Under the pieces are notes generated by a model. The model ran no database searches, was not told the DNA's origin, and worked only from the letters and a program-made list of their open reading frames with translations. Made by a program: the position numbers and the translations under genes. Positions 42,375-53,457 of a stretch of DNA of 64,000 nt are shown here, piece after piece (the first letter of the stretch is position 1; each line of letters starts with the position of its first letter). The DNA comes from Alphaproteobacteria bacterium (lineage in GTDB: Bacteria > Pseudomonadota > Alphaproteobacteria > JAAXGF01). Location: NCBI GenBank assembly GCA_963555825.3, contig CAUVXB020000002.1:2304001-2368000 (forward strand), written 5' to 3'.

Positions 42375-43322
42375 TCAGGGCCGTTTTTCGTCCGGCGGCG
42401 GGAGGGTTTGCACGGTTTCGGCGAGCCATTGCAAGGCGCCCCGCGTCGCCGTCCAGTTTTCCCTGTTTTGCAACACATAGATGACCGCCTCGTCGGGTGA
42501 GCCCAGCGTGTAGTGGTCGTCCTGATGTTCGGGGATCGGCATGGCGCCGGTCAACAGAGCGGGGACATGGGGATTGCGCTTCCAGGCGGCAGCCAGGGCG
42601 GTGCGGGCATCGGCCTCATCGCCCTTGCGCAAAGCCAGCAGAGTCTTGGCGTAGGCCCATTCGGCGAACACATCATCGTCATAGGCGGCGAGCAGTTCCT
42701 CCAGGGCGCCGTGATCGCCGGTGGCGAGCAGCCAGGACGTCAGGACATGGCGCAGACCCTGATTGTCGTTGGGGTTGAGGCGCAGCATATCCCGGTAATG
42801 GCCGATGGCCGCAGCGCGCTCGCCCGCCGCCCACAGGCATTTGGCGAGACCGGCGCGGGCGCGCATGTAAGGGCGGGTCTCCAGAAGGCCCCAGAAGTGG
42901 CCGGCATCGCGCTCGAAGGCCTGCGGCCCAAGCGCCCGCTCCCCGGCGGCGGCGGCGGCCTCATAATGGCGCCGCGCCTCGACGAGGGTCTTCGCCGCCT
43001 CTTCCGCCAGCATCACATGAGCGTCGGCGCAGAGTTCGGAGATATCCAGCGCCCGTTTGGCCAGTGCGACCCGTTCGCGTTTGGCGCCCGCGTCCCAGGC
43101 TTTGTACATGAGTTCCTGGGCCTGCCAAAGCGCCGCGTCATCACCGTCGCTTCCGTCAAAGCCGGAGGACAGCCCGCCGGCGAGCTTGGCCATCACCCCC
43201 TCCAGAGCCCGACGGTCGGGCAAAGGCGGCGCGGGCTCGGACACAGGCTCGACGGCCGGCTTTTTCCTGGCGGTGGGCGCGGGCTTTCTCTTGTTGTTGC
43301 GGCGCTTCTTGCTGACCGGCAT
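42375..43322 (-). CDS. TPR-like helical protein of unknown function
   Basis: AQELMYKAW, FWGLLETRPYMRAR, LRLNPNDNQGLR motifs of a widespread TPR-like family; basic N-terminus. Confidence 0.75.
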   Translation of the reverse strand: MPVSKKRRNNKRKPAPTARKKPAVEPVSEPAPPLPDRRALEGVMAKLAGGLSSGFDGSDGDDAALWQAQELMYKAWDAGAKRERVALAKRALDISELCADAHVMLAEEAAKTLVEARRHYEAAAAAGERALGPQAFERDAGHFWGLLETRPYMRARAGLAKCLWAAGERAAAIGHYRDMLRLNPNDNQGLRHVLTSWLLATGDHGALEELLAAYDDDVFAEWAYAKTLLALRKGDEADARTALAAAWKRNPHVPALLTGAMPIPEHQDDHYTLGSPDEAVIYVLQNRENWTATRGALQWLAETVQTLPPPDEKRP

Positions 43323-43458
43323 GGAGACCTCGCGTGGCGTTCACAGGAGGGTGCCAGCCTAGCGGAAACCGGGGCTCAACGCTTGTGTTCTTCTTCGATG
43401 CCCCACGCAATACTCTATGATGGATCGCGTGATATCCATGTCTTGAGGGGGAACTTCA

Positions 43459-43960
43459 TGCGCTTTGCGGATTACGGCAAACGGGTGGTGTTCGCCGCCT
43501 TCGACGGCGGCGAGATCACGTCGGACGCCGGTGTCCTGTTACTGCGCGAGCGGCCGCGCCGGATACGCCTGTTCGAACGCATGGCGGGCTGTTTCACCGA
43601 TCACCGGGATCGAGAACGCCTAACCCATACCCTTCCCGCCCTGTTGGCTCAACGGGTTTGCGGGATGGCGCTCGGCTATGAAGACATCATCGACCACGAC
43701 ACGCTCCGTTTCGACCCGGCCCTGAAATTGCTGGCCTCACCGGGAACCGAATATCCCGGGACCCCGGCTCCGCTGGCCGGCAAGTCAACGCTGAGCCGGC
43801 TGGAACAATCCTGGGAAACCGGCAACCGCCGCTATCACCAGATGGTCCCCAATCTCAAGAGCCTCTCCAACCTGTTCGTCGCGCTGTTCCTCGACGCCTG
43901 CGACACGCCGCCCGCGCGCATCACCCTCGATATCGACGCCACCGACGTGGAGACCCATCC
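43459..43960 (+). pseudogene. IS1380-family transposase 5' fragment (different subgroup)
   Basis: FDGGEITSDAGVLLL, LGYEDIIDHD, LAGKSTLSRLE, LDIDATD, then truncated. Confidence 0.82.
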
Positions 43961-44678
43961 GGCTCCTACCTCGGGTGCTTGACGGCAAACCGCTGGTCCG
44001 GCCATGGGTGGCGGATGGAGGCGCGTGGCCACAGGATTTCGGTCATGCGCTCCAGTCGCTTCCAACTAAATCGGGCTCGCTGGGACCGGCGGCGTAGCGC
44101 CCGCATCCACCGGCGTTGCAGCCTGCGGAGGAACGCACGGATGGACCGGCCTGATGGGCGGCACCAGGACGATATCAGACCGAAGCGGGCACTGGGGGAT
44201 CCATGAGAGCCTGCACCCGAGACCGAGGCCGCCAAATACAGACCGCGAGCGAAAGCCGGAATGAGGGCGGTGGCCGGGGAGCACCGGGTCATGGGACGGG
44301 CTGGCACCCGTTTAAGGAAGCTCTACCTGGGGGGAATGCTTCGGTCACATGAGCCGCCGCCCTGGGACGCCGCATGCGACGCCCGGCTCCATACTGCCAC
44401 GTCCCCGGCAAAACGGTCTATCTTCGGCATCGCCGGGGATAGACCTTGCACGCCAAAGCTCAGCCCCCACCAACTGCCACAAGTGATTCTCACCTTCCGA
44501 GGAGAGACCGAGCTATGAATGAACCTGGCTGGAAAGAGACTCGCGAACGAAAGAGATCCTGTGAGAACGGCAGAGCAATAATCCCCCACTGAAGCGGCCG
44601 GTCGATCCGGCTGCGGCGGACCAAAATGGGACCGCGTATAGCCTTCTGTCAGGGTTGCTCTGACTGGAAGGCGGGGGG

Positions 44679-46178
44679 ATGTATCGGGTGGAGATGTACG
44701 CGCGGGTCCGGCGGGCGTGTCGTGTCGAGGGAATGAGCACCCGCGAGGCCTCGCGGGTGTTCGGGCTGGACCGCAAGACGGTACGCAAGATGCTGTCGTT
44801 CTCGGTGCCGCCAGGGTATCGCCGAAGCGCGCCGCCGAGGCGGCCAAAGCTGGGTCCGTTCACGGGAATCATCGATCGGATCTTGGAAGACGATCGGACC
44901 AGCCACCGCAAGCAACGGCACACGGCGAAGCGGATCTTCGACCGTCTCCGGGACGAGTACGGGTTCACCGGCGGCTACACCATCGTGAAGGACTATGTTC
45001 GTGAGCAGGGGCTTCGGTCGCGTGAGGTGTTCGTGCCACTCTCCCATTCCCCCGGTCACGCCCAGGCGGACTTCGGCGAAGCGATGGCGGTGATCGGCGG
45101 CGCGTTACGGAAGATCCACTTCCTTGCCTTCGACCTTCCCCACAGTGATGGTTGCTTTGTTGCGGCCTATCCGGCGGAGACGACCGAAGCATTCTGCGAT
45201 GGCCACAACGCGGCGTTTGCCTTCTTCGGCGGCGTCCCCCGATCCATCCTGTACGACAACACCAAGCTGGCGGTTGCCCGGATCCTGGGCGATGGGAAGC
45301 GGCAGCGAACGCGCGTCTTCACGGAGCTTCAGTCCCACTATCTGTTCGAGGACAGGTTCGGCCGGCCGGGCAAGGGCAACGACAAGGGCAAGGTCGAGGG
45401 ACTGGTCGGCTTCATCCGGCGGAACTTCCTGGTCCCCGTCCCGCGTGCCGAGAGCTTCGCGGCCCTCAACGATGCTCTCGCCGAACAGTGCCGCCGGCGC
45501 CAGGCGGCGCGGCTGCGGGGCCACAAGGAGACCATCGGCGAGCGTCTCGAGCGGGATCGTCAAGTTCTCTTGCCATTGCCGCCTGCTCCCTATGATGCCT
45601 GCGATAAGCGCCCTGGACGGGCGAGTTCGCTGTCGCTGGTGCGTTACCGCAGCAACGACTATTCCGTGCCCGTGGCCTACGGCCACCGTGAGGTGCTCAT
45701 CCGGGGCTACGTCGATGAGGTGGTGATCAGCTGCGGGGCCGAGGTGATCGCCCGGCACCGCCGGTCCTACGACAGCGAGGACCTGATCTTCGACCCGCTG
45801 CATTACCTGCCCTTGATCGAGCAGAAGATCGGCGCCCTCGACCAGGCCGCGCCATTGGCGGGCTGGGACCTGCCCGAGGCCTTCATCACTCTGCGGCGGC
45901 TCCTCGAAGCTCGTATGGGCAAGGCAGGCAAGCGCGAGTACGTCCAGGTGCTCCGTCTACTGGAGACCTTCCGGCTCGAGGAGGTCGAGGGTGCGGTCGG
46001 CGACGCCCTGCGGCTCGGCGCAATCGGCTTTGATGCGGTGAAGCACCTGGTACTGTGCCGCATCGAGCGGCGGCCGCCCAGGCTCAACCTCGACGTCTAT
46101 CCGTATCTGCCGCGCGCCCGGGTCGCGATGACGTCCGCCAAGTCGTACATGAGCCTGCTGTCGGGGCTCGGCGCATGA
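44679..46178 (+). CDS. istA: IS21 transposase IstA
   Basis: 499 aa, a few N-terminal differences from copies 1 and 2. Confidence 0.95.
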   Translation: MYRVEMYARVRRACRVEGMSTREASRVFGLDRKTVRKMLSFSVPPGYRRSAPPRRPKLGPFTGIIDRILEDDRTSHRKQRHTAKRIFDRLRDEYGFTGGYTIVKDYVREQGLRSREVFVPLSHSPGHAQADFGEAMAVIGGALRKIHFLAFDLPHSDGCFVAAYPAETTEAFCDGHNAAFAFFGGVPRSILYDNTKLAVARILGDGKRQRTRVFTELQSHYLFEDRFGRPGKGNDKGKVEGLVGFIRRNFLVPVPRAESFAALNDALAEQCRRRQAARLRGHKETIGERLERDRQVLLPLPPAPYDACDKRPGRASSLSLVRYRSNDYSVPVAYGHREVLIRGYVDEVVISCGAEVIARHRRSYDSEDLIFDPLHYLPLIEQKIGALDQAAPLAGWDLPEAFITLRRLLEARMGKAGKREYVQVLRLLETFRLEEVEGAVGDALRLGAIGFDAVKHLVLCRIERRPPRLNLDVYPYLPRARVAMTSAKSYMSLLSGLGA

Positions 46179-46939
46179 CCGACACACCGCAAGTGCTGCT
46201 CGCCCACCACCTCAAGACGCTGAAGCTGCCGACCTTCCTGCGCGAGTACGACAAGATCGCCCGGCAGTGCGCCTCGGAAGGCGTCGATCACGTCCGCTAC
46301 CTGTTGAGACTCGCCGAGCTCGAGCTGATCGACCGCGAGCGCCGCATGGTCGAGCGGCGCATCAAGGCGGCGCGCTTCCCCGTGGTCAAGAGCCTCGACA
46401 GCTTCGACTTCAAGGTCATCCCCTCGCTCAACAAGGCGCTGGTCCTGGAGCTGGCCCGCTGCGAGTACATCGAGCGCCGCGAGAACCTCATCGCGCTCGG
46501 CAACAGTGGGACCGGCAAGACCCACATCGCCCTCGGTCTCGGCCTGGCGGCCTGCCAGAAGGGCCTCTCGGTCGGCTTCATCACCGCCGCCGCGCTGGTC
46601 CACGAACTCATCGAGGCCCGCGATGACAAGCAGCTGCTGAGGTTCCAGAAGAAGCTCGCCACCTACAAGCTTCTGATCGTCGACGAACTCGGCTTCGTGC
46701 CGCTGTCGAAGACCGGCGCCGAGCTGTTGTTCGAGGTGTTCAGCCAACGCTACGAGCGGGGCTCGACCCTGGTCACCACCAATCTGCCCTTCGACGAATG
46801 GACCGAGGTGTTCGGCTCCGAGCGCCTCACCGGCGCGCTCCTCGATCGCCTCACCCACCACGTCAACATCCTCGAGATGAACGGTGACAGCTACAGGCTC
46901 AACCAGAGCCGCAGGCGTCAAACCCCGACTGCTAACTGA
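46175..46939 (+). CDS. istB: IS21 helper ATPase IstB
   Basis: Protein identical to 35200-35964. Confidence 0.95.
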   Translation: MTDTPQVLLAHHLKTLKLPTFLREYDKIARQCASEGVDHVRYLLRLAELELIDRERRMVERRIKAARFPVVKSLDSFDFKVIPSLNKALVLELARCEYIERRENLIALGNSGTGKTHIALGLGLAACQKGLSVGFITAAALVHELIEARDDKQLLRFQKKLATYKLLIVDELGFVPLSKTGAELLFEVFSQRYERGSTLVTTNLPFDEWTEVFGSERLTGALLDRLTHHVNILEMNGDSYRLNQSRRRQTPTAN

Positions 46940-47169
46940 ACCGACCACCCAGCCCACGCTTGACCCCGTGGGCCCACAGGTCCCTCCCGCGCGCGCCGCC
47001 GCGTCAGCCTGTTGAGGGCACGCCGCGTCGCGCGCGGGGCCCTCCCGTGGACTACGGGGACAAGCCCGCAGCCGCCAAGCGGTCCCTTCTTACACCGCCG
47101 AGGTGGTCCCTTTTTGCTCCGCCATTGACAGTCGGGCCCGGTCATTGGTTATTTGGTCGTCTCAGCCGT

Positions 47170-47673
47170 TCAGCGTTCGATGACCCCACAGGCGATGCGC
47201 GGCCCCGCGGCGCCGGCCGGGTCGGACTTGTAGTCGTCGGCGCCGGCGTGCATGACGATGGCCGCGCCGTCGGCGTCGAACAGCGCGTCGTCGAGCGCCA
47301 GCCTCTTGTTCAGAACCTCGATTGTCAGCGTGCCGTTAGCATGGACGTGAACGTTCGGCATGTCGCCAGCATGCATGCCGCCCTTGCGGGTGATGCCGTG
47401 CTTCTTGCCCTTCGGGTTGAAGTGCCCGCCGGCCGACTTGAAGGGTGCGTCGCATTTGCCGACGGCGTGGACGTGAAACGCGTGCGCGCCGGGCGCCAGG
47501 TTCCACAAACTGGCCGATAGCAGCACGCCATTCGGCGTCTGCTTCAGGCCGACCAAACCGACGCTCTGGCCGTCGGCGTTCATCAGACTGGCGCTAGCGG
47601 TTTGCGCCTGGGCCGCGCCGGTGGTTAAGAAGATCGCAACCATGGCGGATGCGATCGCGATCGGAAGCCTCAT
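47170..47673 (-). CDS. sodC: periplasmic Cu/Zn superoxide dismutase, copy 2
   Basis: Protein identical to 8026-8529. Confidence 0.95.
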   Translation of the reverse strand: MRLPIAIASAMVAIFLTTGAAQAQTASASLMNADGQSVGLVGLKQTPNGVLLSASLWNLAPGAHAFHVHAVGKCDAPFKSAGGHFNPKGKKHGITRKGGMHAGDMPNVHVHANGTLTIEVLNKRLALDDALFDADGAAIVMHAGADDYKSDPAGAAGPRIACGVIER

Positions 47674-47700
47674 TGGTCACCTCCCTCGGGGATCATTAAT

Positions 47701-49342
47701 CCGACATTCCCCAGATGATATCCAAATTCGCGGAAATCGTACCACGGCCCCATCTCCAAGGGAACTCTGTTCCCATTGCAGCCATCCGATGACATGATTT
47801 TGGTAATCGGCCAGCGCGTGGAAGGCCATTTGGTCGTTTCTCTTGCCATCCAGACACACCTCTCGTGTCGCAATCTCCTTGCCGTCGATTCCCTCGGCCT
47901 ACGCCGGAGCGGGTCTTCGTCGTAGATCATCAATCAGGCTCAAGATTTTCTGGAACAAGCTTCTGGTGACTGCAACCTCGGCCAATTGAAATGTGACGTA
48001 CCGGCCATGGCTGACAACTTTCGCACCGATCTTGACCAGCTTCTCCCTCAGCGTCGTCAGCGACCATTGCTCCACGGCATCGGGCAACGCCAGGGTACGC
48101 ATGAAGTTGCCGAGGTTATAGGCGAGTGCATGCAGCTGGAGCCGGACGGCATTGTTGCGTAACGAACGGCATGACAGCCGCGTCCACTTGATGGCGTTCT
48201 TGCCTTCCTTGATCCATTGCTCGGCAGTGCCGCGCTGATTGTAGAACGCAACAACCCGCTCGGCAGGACGGCTCAGGTTGGTGACGATGAAGCCGACGCG
48301 GGGATACAGTTCCCCTGAGTGCCACTCCACCTTGGCGACGACCCGGCGGGGCTTCGTCCAGCTACCGGCCCGATAGCTGAAGTTCGCGTAATACCGACGA
48401 ACTTCCTTCGGCGGCCGACCGACGGGGCGCTTGAGCAGGTGCGCGATGCTGTCGTGCAGCACCTTGTTGGCCGGAAGCCGGATGGCGTACTTGAAGCCTT
48501 CCGCTTCCAGAAACTCATAAACCTCGGGCGAGGCGAAGGCGGCGTCACCACGGAAATAACGCCGGAGTGTCTTGTTCCGGTATCGAGCGACCACCGGGTC
48601 CAACACATCGCGCCATTCATGGGCGCTGTGCACGTTGCCCGGACGCAGGGCGCAACGCTCCAGATCGCCGAACTGGTTGAACACGAACAGCGGGTGATAG
48701 CACGTGCAGCCGAAGTGACCGTTGTAGGCCGTGCCCTCCTGGTCACCGTAGGTCGGGCTGACGGAGCTGTCCATGTCGAGCACGATAATCTTCGGCGGCT
48801 TGCGCTCGTTAACCTGGTCGATCCAGATGCCCAAAAGGTCAGCGAGCGCGGCGAGGTTGTCATTGGTGGCGAGTAACTCCGTCTCGAACCGGCCCATCTG
48901 GCTGGTCGATGCGCCGCCGCGCTCGACAGCCCTGCCGCCGACGATCCACCGCATCGCAGGATCGCGCCCCAGCCGGTCGGCGTCGTTCACGTCCTCGTAC
49001 CCGGCGAGACGACCATAGACGGATTGGCGAAGGAGACCGATGATGCCGTGCCAACCGTTCTTGCCGGTCCGGCTGTCAGCAATAACGTCACCGGCCAGCG
49101 TGGTCAGGCCGAGGGCTTCGTCCAGTTCACGATAGGCGAGCAGACCAGCGTCTGACGTGATCCGCGAACCGTGGAACTCGAACTTCAGTCTTCGGTCGAA
49201 AAACGCCCGCAGAAGCCCCCGATCCGACTCACCCTCCAGGTTCCGCATTCGACCCACCCTCCGTCTGATCTAATCCACTGATTCTTATACAGGAATCAGA
49301 CGGAAACCGCATCAGATGGATCGGTCACTTGGGGAATGCGGG
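47701..49342 (-). mobile_element. IS1380-family IS, copy A2
   Basis: Inverted near-identical copy of 6357-7998 (1642 bp). Confidence 0.93.
47899..49257 (-). CDS. IS1380 family transposase
   Basis: Differs from copy A1 at two residues (YRDK/YRNK, WTEP/WTKP). Confidence 0.95.
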   Translation of the reverse strand: MGRMRNLEGESDRGLLRAFFDRRLKFEFHGSRITSDAGLLAYRELDEALGLTTLAGDVIADSRTGKNGWHGIIGLLRQSVYGRLAGYEDVNDADRLGRDPAMRWIVGGRAVERGGASTSQMGRFETELLATNDNLAALADLLGIWIDQVNERKPPKIIVLDMDSSVSPTYGDQEGTAYNGHFGCTCYHPLFVFNQFGDLERCALRPGNVHSAHEWRDVLDPVVARYRNKTLRRYFRGDAAFASPEVYEFLEAEGFKYAIRLPANKVLHDSIAHLLKRPVGRPPKEVRRYYANFSYRAGSWTKPRRVVAKVEWHSGELYPRVGFIVTNLSRPAERVVAFYNQRGTAEQWIKEGKNAIKWTRLSCRSLRNNAVRLQLHALAYNLGNFMRTLALPDAVEQWSLTTLREKLVKIGAKVVSHGRYVTFQLAEVAVTRSLFQKILSLIDDLRRRPAPA

Positions 49343-49585
49343 GTTAAGTGTATCAACCATGGCTTTCCGGACCGGAACTGGATACGTCACCGGTATACAC
49401 CCAACCGCCATTCTTCTCTTTCTTTCAGCACTCCGCGACAACTTGCGCGGTCGCGCAACCCTTGAGCTCATTGCTCTTCGAGGTATTGTCAAGTTAATTG
49501 ATTGTAGTTTGTTCTCGCCATTTCTCCATGAGACTAAGTCATAGAAATTGCGTAAAGCAGCAAGCGGCAATTTACGGCGATTTGG

Positions 49586-51035
49586 GGAGATGTCCCGGTC
49601 GATGTTGAAAAGTTGAGGTAGGTGTCGCTCTCCTGGAGCCGTTAGGCTCCGGGTGCTGCAAACCCAAGAGGGAGAACGACACCATGGGAAAGAATATCCG
49701 TAGTTCCAGTAGCCCGAAAGCCCTTGCCACCTCGTTTCCTATGCCGCCGCTGGCAGACGCGATGGACGCAGTCCGTCTCAGCGTGGATCGGTTCTGTCTC
49801 CTGGCCGGGGTCGAGGCCTTGGCCGAGATGATGGAGGAGGACGCCACGACCGTGTGCGGGGCCCGACATCGTCGCCATGGGAACCGTCGGGGTTATCGCT
49901 GGGGCCATACGCAGAGCGAGATCGGCTACCACGGCGGCCGCGTGAAAGTGCAGCGGCCACGGGTTCGCGACCATGCTGGCAAGGAGGTGGGTTTGGAGAG
50001 CTGGCAGGTGCTGCGCGACGGCAACCTGTTGCTCGAGTGGGCGCTCAACCTGATGGTCCTGAACGTGTCGACCCGCAAGTACCACCGCGCGGTCCGTCTG
50101 CCCGAGGGCGACCTGGCGAAAGCGCGTGGCGACGGCACCTCGAAGTCGGCCGTTTCCCGGCGCTTTGTGGCGCTGTCGCGCAAGAAGATGAAGGCCTGGC
50201 TCGCCTCGGACCTCTCGGAGCTCGACCTGCTGGTCATCCAGATCGACGGTCTGCATGTCGGCGACCATGTCTTGGTGGCGGCGATCGGCGTCGATGGCAA
50301 CGGCGACAAGCATGTCCTGGCCGTGGTCGAGGGGGCGACGGAGAACACTGTCGTCGTCCAGGCCTTGCTCGACAATCTCCTCGCCAGGGGGCTCGATCCG
50401 ACGCTGCCCCGGCTGTTCATCGTCGATGGCGCGAAGGCGCTCAGCAAAGCGATCCGCAACACCTTCGGTGTGGCCGCCGCCATCCAGCGCTGCCAGGTCC
50501 ACAAGGGCCGTAACATCATCGAGCGCCTGCCCCTGCATTTGCATGCAAGCGTCAAGAAGGCGCTCCGTCAGGCCTGGGACCAGGACGACGCAGACAAGGC
50601 CGAACGGCTGCTGCGCAACCTGGCCCGGCGTCTGGAGCATGAGGAACCGGGCGTCTCGGGCAGCATCCTGGAGGGGCTGGACGAGATCCTCACCGTCATC
50701 CGCCTCGGCCTGCCGCACGAACTCCGGCGCTCGCTCGCCTGCACCAACATCGTCGAGAACGCGCTCGGCACGGTGCGCCAGGTCACCCGCAACGTCAAAC
50801 GCTGGAGACACGCCGAGATGGCGCTCAGATGGACCGCCGCCGGCCTGCTGGAGGCCCAGAAAACCTTCCGTCGCCTCAAGGCCTATCGTCAGCTGCCCAT
50901 CCTCCGAAATGCTCTCCAGGAACACTTGAGAAAGGCTCAGGCCGACAGTGCCATTGAAACCATCATGAAGGCAGCATAGCATCATCAACCAGCGACGCCT
51001 GCCCCACGAATTTCAACAGAGATAGGGACATCGCC
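49586..51035 (+). mobile_element. IS256-family IS, copy 2 (no DR)
   Basis: IRs GGAGATGTCCC / GGGACATCGCC, 1450 bp; transposase 49684-50979; abuts a truncated IS3/IS481-like copy. Confidence 0.92.
49684..50979 (+). CDS. IS256 family transposase
   Basis: 431-aa close paralogue of 22610-23905. Confidence 0.93.
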   Translation: MGKNIRSSSSPKALATSFPMPPLADAMDAVRLSVDRFCLLAGVEALAEMMEEDATTVCGARHRRHGNRRGYRWGHTQSEIGYHGGRVKVQRPRVRDHAGKEVGLESWQVLRDGNLLLEWALNLMVLNVSTRKYHRAVRLPEGDLAKARGDGTSKSAVSRRFVALSRKKMKAWLASDLSELDLLVIQIDGLHVGDHVLVAAIGVDGNGDKHVLAVVEGATENTVVVQALLDNLLARGLDPTLPRLFIVDGAKALSKAIRNTFGVAAAIQRCQVHKGRNIIERLPLHLHASVKKALRQAWDQDDADKAERLLRNLARRLEHEEPGVSGSILEGLDEILTVIRLGLPHELRRSLACTNIVENALGTVRQVTRNVKRWRHAEMALRWTAAGLLEAQKTFRRLKAYRQLPILRNALQEHLRKAQADSAIETIMKAA

Positions 51036-52349
51036 CTGTGGTAAACGAGGGCGAGCTTGGCTCGTCCACGTTTTCCCCGGGCCAGGTTTCGCCGGCAGGC
51101 CCGCTGGGACTTGGCCAGCGGTGGACGGTGACGCGCAAGCGTGAGGTTGCCCTGCGGCTTTTGCGTGGCGAGCCGGTGGAACTTTTGTCGCGGCAGTTGG
51201 GCGTGGAGATTTTCCGGCTCGAGCAGTGGCGTGAGAAGGCGATCGCCGGGATCGATGCCTCGCTCAAGGAACGCAAGGGCGATCCGGTGAAGGCGGAACT
51301 GGACATCGCCATGAAGCGGATCGGGGAGTTGATCATGCAGGTGGAACTGCTGGAGGCCAAGACGGAGACGTCCGGCCCTTTGGGGCGGCGGAGGTCGCGG
51401 CGATGAGTGCCGCCACCTCTCCCGGCACGGGTTTGGCCTACGGCCTCCAGCGGGTCTGTGCGGCCTGGGGTTTTGCCCGTTCCTCGTTCTACGCCATGAA
51501 ATCCCGGCAGCAGGCCACCGCTGAGCGCCCACCAGCAAAGCGCCGGGGACCGAAGCCCTCGATCTCGGACGAGGCTCTGCTGGTGGCCATCGAGGCCGAC
51601 CTGGAGGCATCCCCCTGGGAGGGCGAGGGACACCGCAAGGTCTGGGCTCGGCTTCGGGTCTGTCGTGGCATCCGTGTTTCCCGCAAGCGGGGGCTCCGGG
51701 TGATGCGCGAGAACAACCTGCTCTCGCCCCATCGCTGCCGCCGCCGTGGCGGAAATCCCCATGTCGGTGAGATCATCACCCATGCCCCCAACCTCATGTG
51801 GGGCACGGACGGCGTTCGGGTGTTCACGGTGGACGACGGCTGGGGCTGGATATTCACCGCCATCGAGCATTGGAACGCCGAGTGCGTCGGCTGGCATGTG
51901 TGCAAGCGAGGCGACCGCTTCGCCGCCCTTCAGCCGATCTCCATGGGGCTTGCGAGGCTGTATGCCTCGACCTCCGCCGGTGCGGCGCGGGGGCTGGCCT
52001 TGCGGATGGATCACGGCTCCCAGTATCTGTCGGACCACTTCACCAACCAGATCAAGTTCTGGGGCATCCAGCCGTCCTACGCCTTCGTCGAACAGCCCCA
52101 GACCAACGGCGTCGCCGAGAGGTTCAATCGCACGCTCAAGGAACAGATCATCCATGGCCGCATCTACCGCAACATCGCGGAGCTGCGGAACGCCGTCCGC
52201 GGGTTCGTCGAACAGTACAATGCCCAGTGGATCGTGGAGAAGAACGGCTACCTGAGCCCCGCTCAAGCTCGTCAGGCGTGGCACACCGCGATGTCACTCA
52301 GGCCCGCCGCATGAGACAAACTTGTGTCCAAGGAACCGGGTGCGATACA
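51036..52349 (+). mobile_element. IS3/IS481-like element, copy 2, left end deleted
   Basis: Matches 9587-10900 in reverse; orfB 51403-52314 intact; orfA start missing. Confidence 0.9.
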
Positions 52350-52589
52350 CCGGCACGAGGCGTTGACATTTCCGCACCAATTTATCGTGTAAAGTGCGTA
52401 GGCGGCCGCCCTTACGAAAATTTTCTCGCATAGGGATTCGTTTGTAGTTCCCAACAGCTGCACGATGTAATTTCTGTCGGCCAGCGCCTTTGTCGGCCCG
52501 CCCGCGAAGACGATGACGGCGCAAAGAATGGCAAAGATCATTGCAGCCGGTCGCCCTTTAAGAACGCCAATTCGCAATCTGGAAGTCAT
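52350..52589 (-). pseudogene. small secreted protein truncated by the IS3/IS481-like element
   Basis: RBS AGGAGG, signal peptide ending ALA, frame runs into the IS end. Confidence 0.5.
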
Positions 52590-52634
52590 TCGTTCCTCCT
52601 GTCGAAAATCCCGATTTCGTTGAAGTCCATCGCC

Positions 52635-53057
52635 CTAGCCGTCGTAAAACAGCATGAACCCAACCGCCGCCGTGATCTCGCTGATCGCCTTGCCCAGCGC
52701 GTCACCTTGCAGCTCTTCCCCAAAATCAACCGTAATGAACGCATTGGGACTCGATTTGCCTTCGAACCCGCCAAACCCTTCGATCGGCTCGCCGAATGTC
52801 GCAACTTCTTCGAAATTCGTATTGAGAAACAGGGCAACGGCTATTGCTTGGCGCTGCGTAAATCCACGCCAACTCGCGAAATTCTTTGTCGCCAGCTTGT
52901 GGCTCACCTCTGCGCCGATGATCGGGCCCGCGTCTTTGCTCGGGATCGCTTCGAATATCACCCGACAGTCGGGTTCCCCCGCCTGGGCGCCGGAGACGGA
53001 GAGCCACAGAAACGCGCATATGAGCGCCGCGCCGAAATGTCGAGCGAAGTGGGTCAT
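52635..53057 (-). CDS. secreted hypothetical protein (140 aa)
   Basis: RBS AAGGAAGG, signal peptide ending AQA. Confidence 0.55.
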   Translation of the reverse strand: MTHFARHFGAALICAFLWLSVSGAQAGEPDCRVIFEAIPSKDAGPIIGAEVSHKLATKNFASWRGFTQRQAIAVALFLNTNFEEVATFGEPIEGFGGFEGKSSPNAFITVDFGEELQGDALGKAISEITAAVGFMLFYDG

Positions 53058-53457
53058 TGCATGGGATCCTTCCTTGGTCGGCGACGTCGAGGCGAAGGGC
53101 GGTCTTGCCACTCGCCACGCCCACGACGGACGTCGATCGCGGGATCACGTCCCGGATCGCCGGTGTCGTCCACGATCCGCTCCGCCAATCAGATAACCGA
53201 TCGCCTCAGGTACGTCAGAATCGCATTCGACCAGACCGGTCCGGTTGATCCTACGTCTCGCCCATCGCGATTCCGGTTCACACCGGTGTCGCATGTCCAA
53301 TGTCAGTCTGGGCGCCTCGATGCACATCCGTACGACCGTCAATCCGGGCGATAGCTACGTTATGTGGGCTAGTTACTCGACAAATCGTTCGCACTTAACA
53401 ACATTACCATCAGCATTTCTCAATTGTGTTCGATGATTCGGTTGTCCTGCTTTAATC

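Larger units (their letters stand above)
44562..47130 (+). mobile_element. IS21-family IS, copy 3 (mosaic 5' end, no DR)
   Basis: Same termini as copy 2; flanks ATCCTG / GTCGGG differ; SNP cluster at ~44690-45000. Confidence 0.93.

Noticed and set aside
43960-44561. Short ORFs in this interval
   Set aside because: No recognisable domain, RBS or consistent frame.
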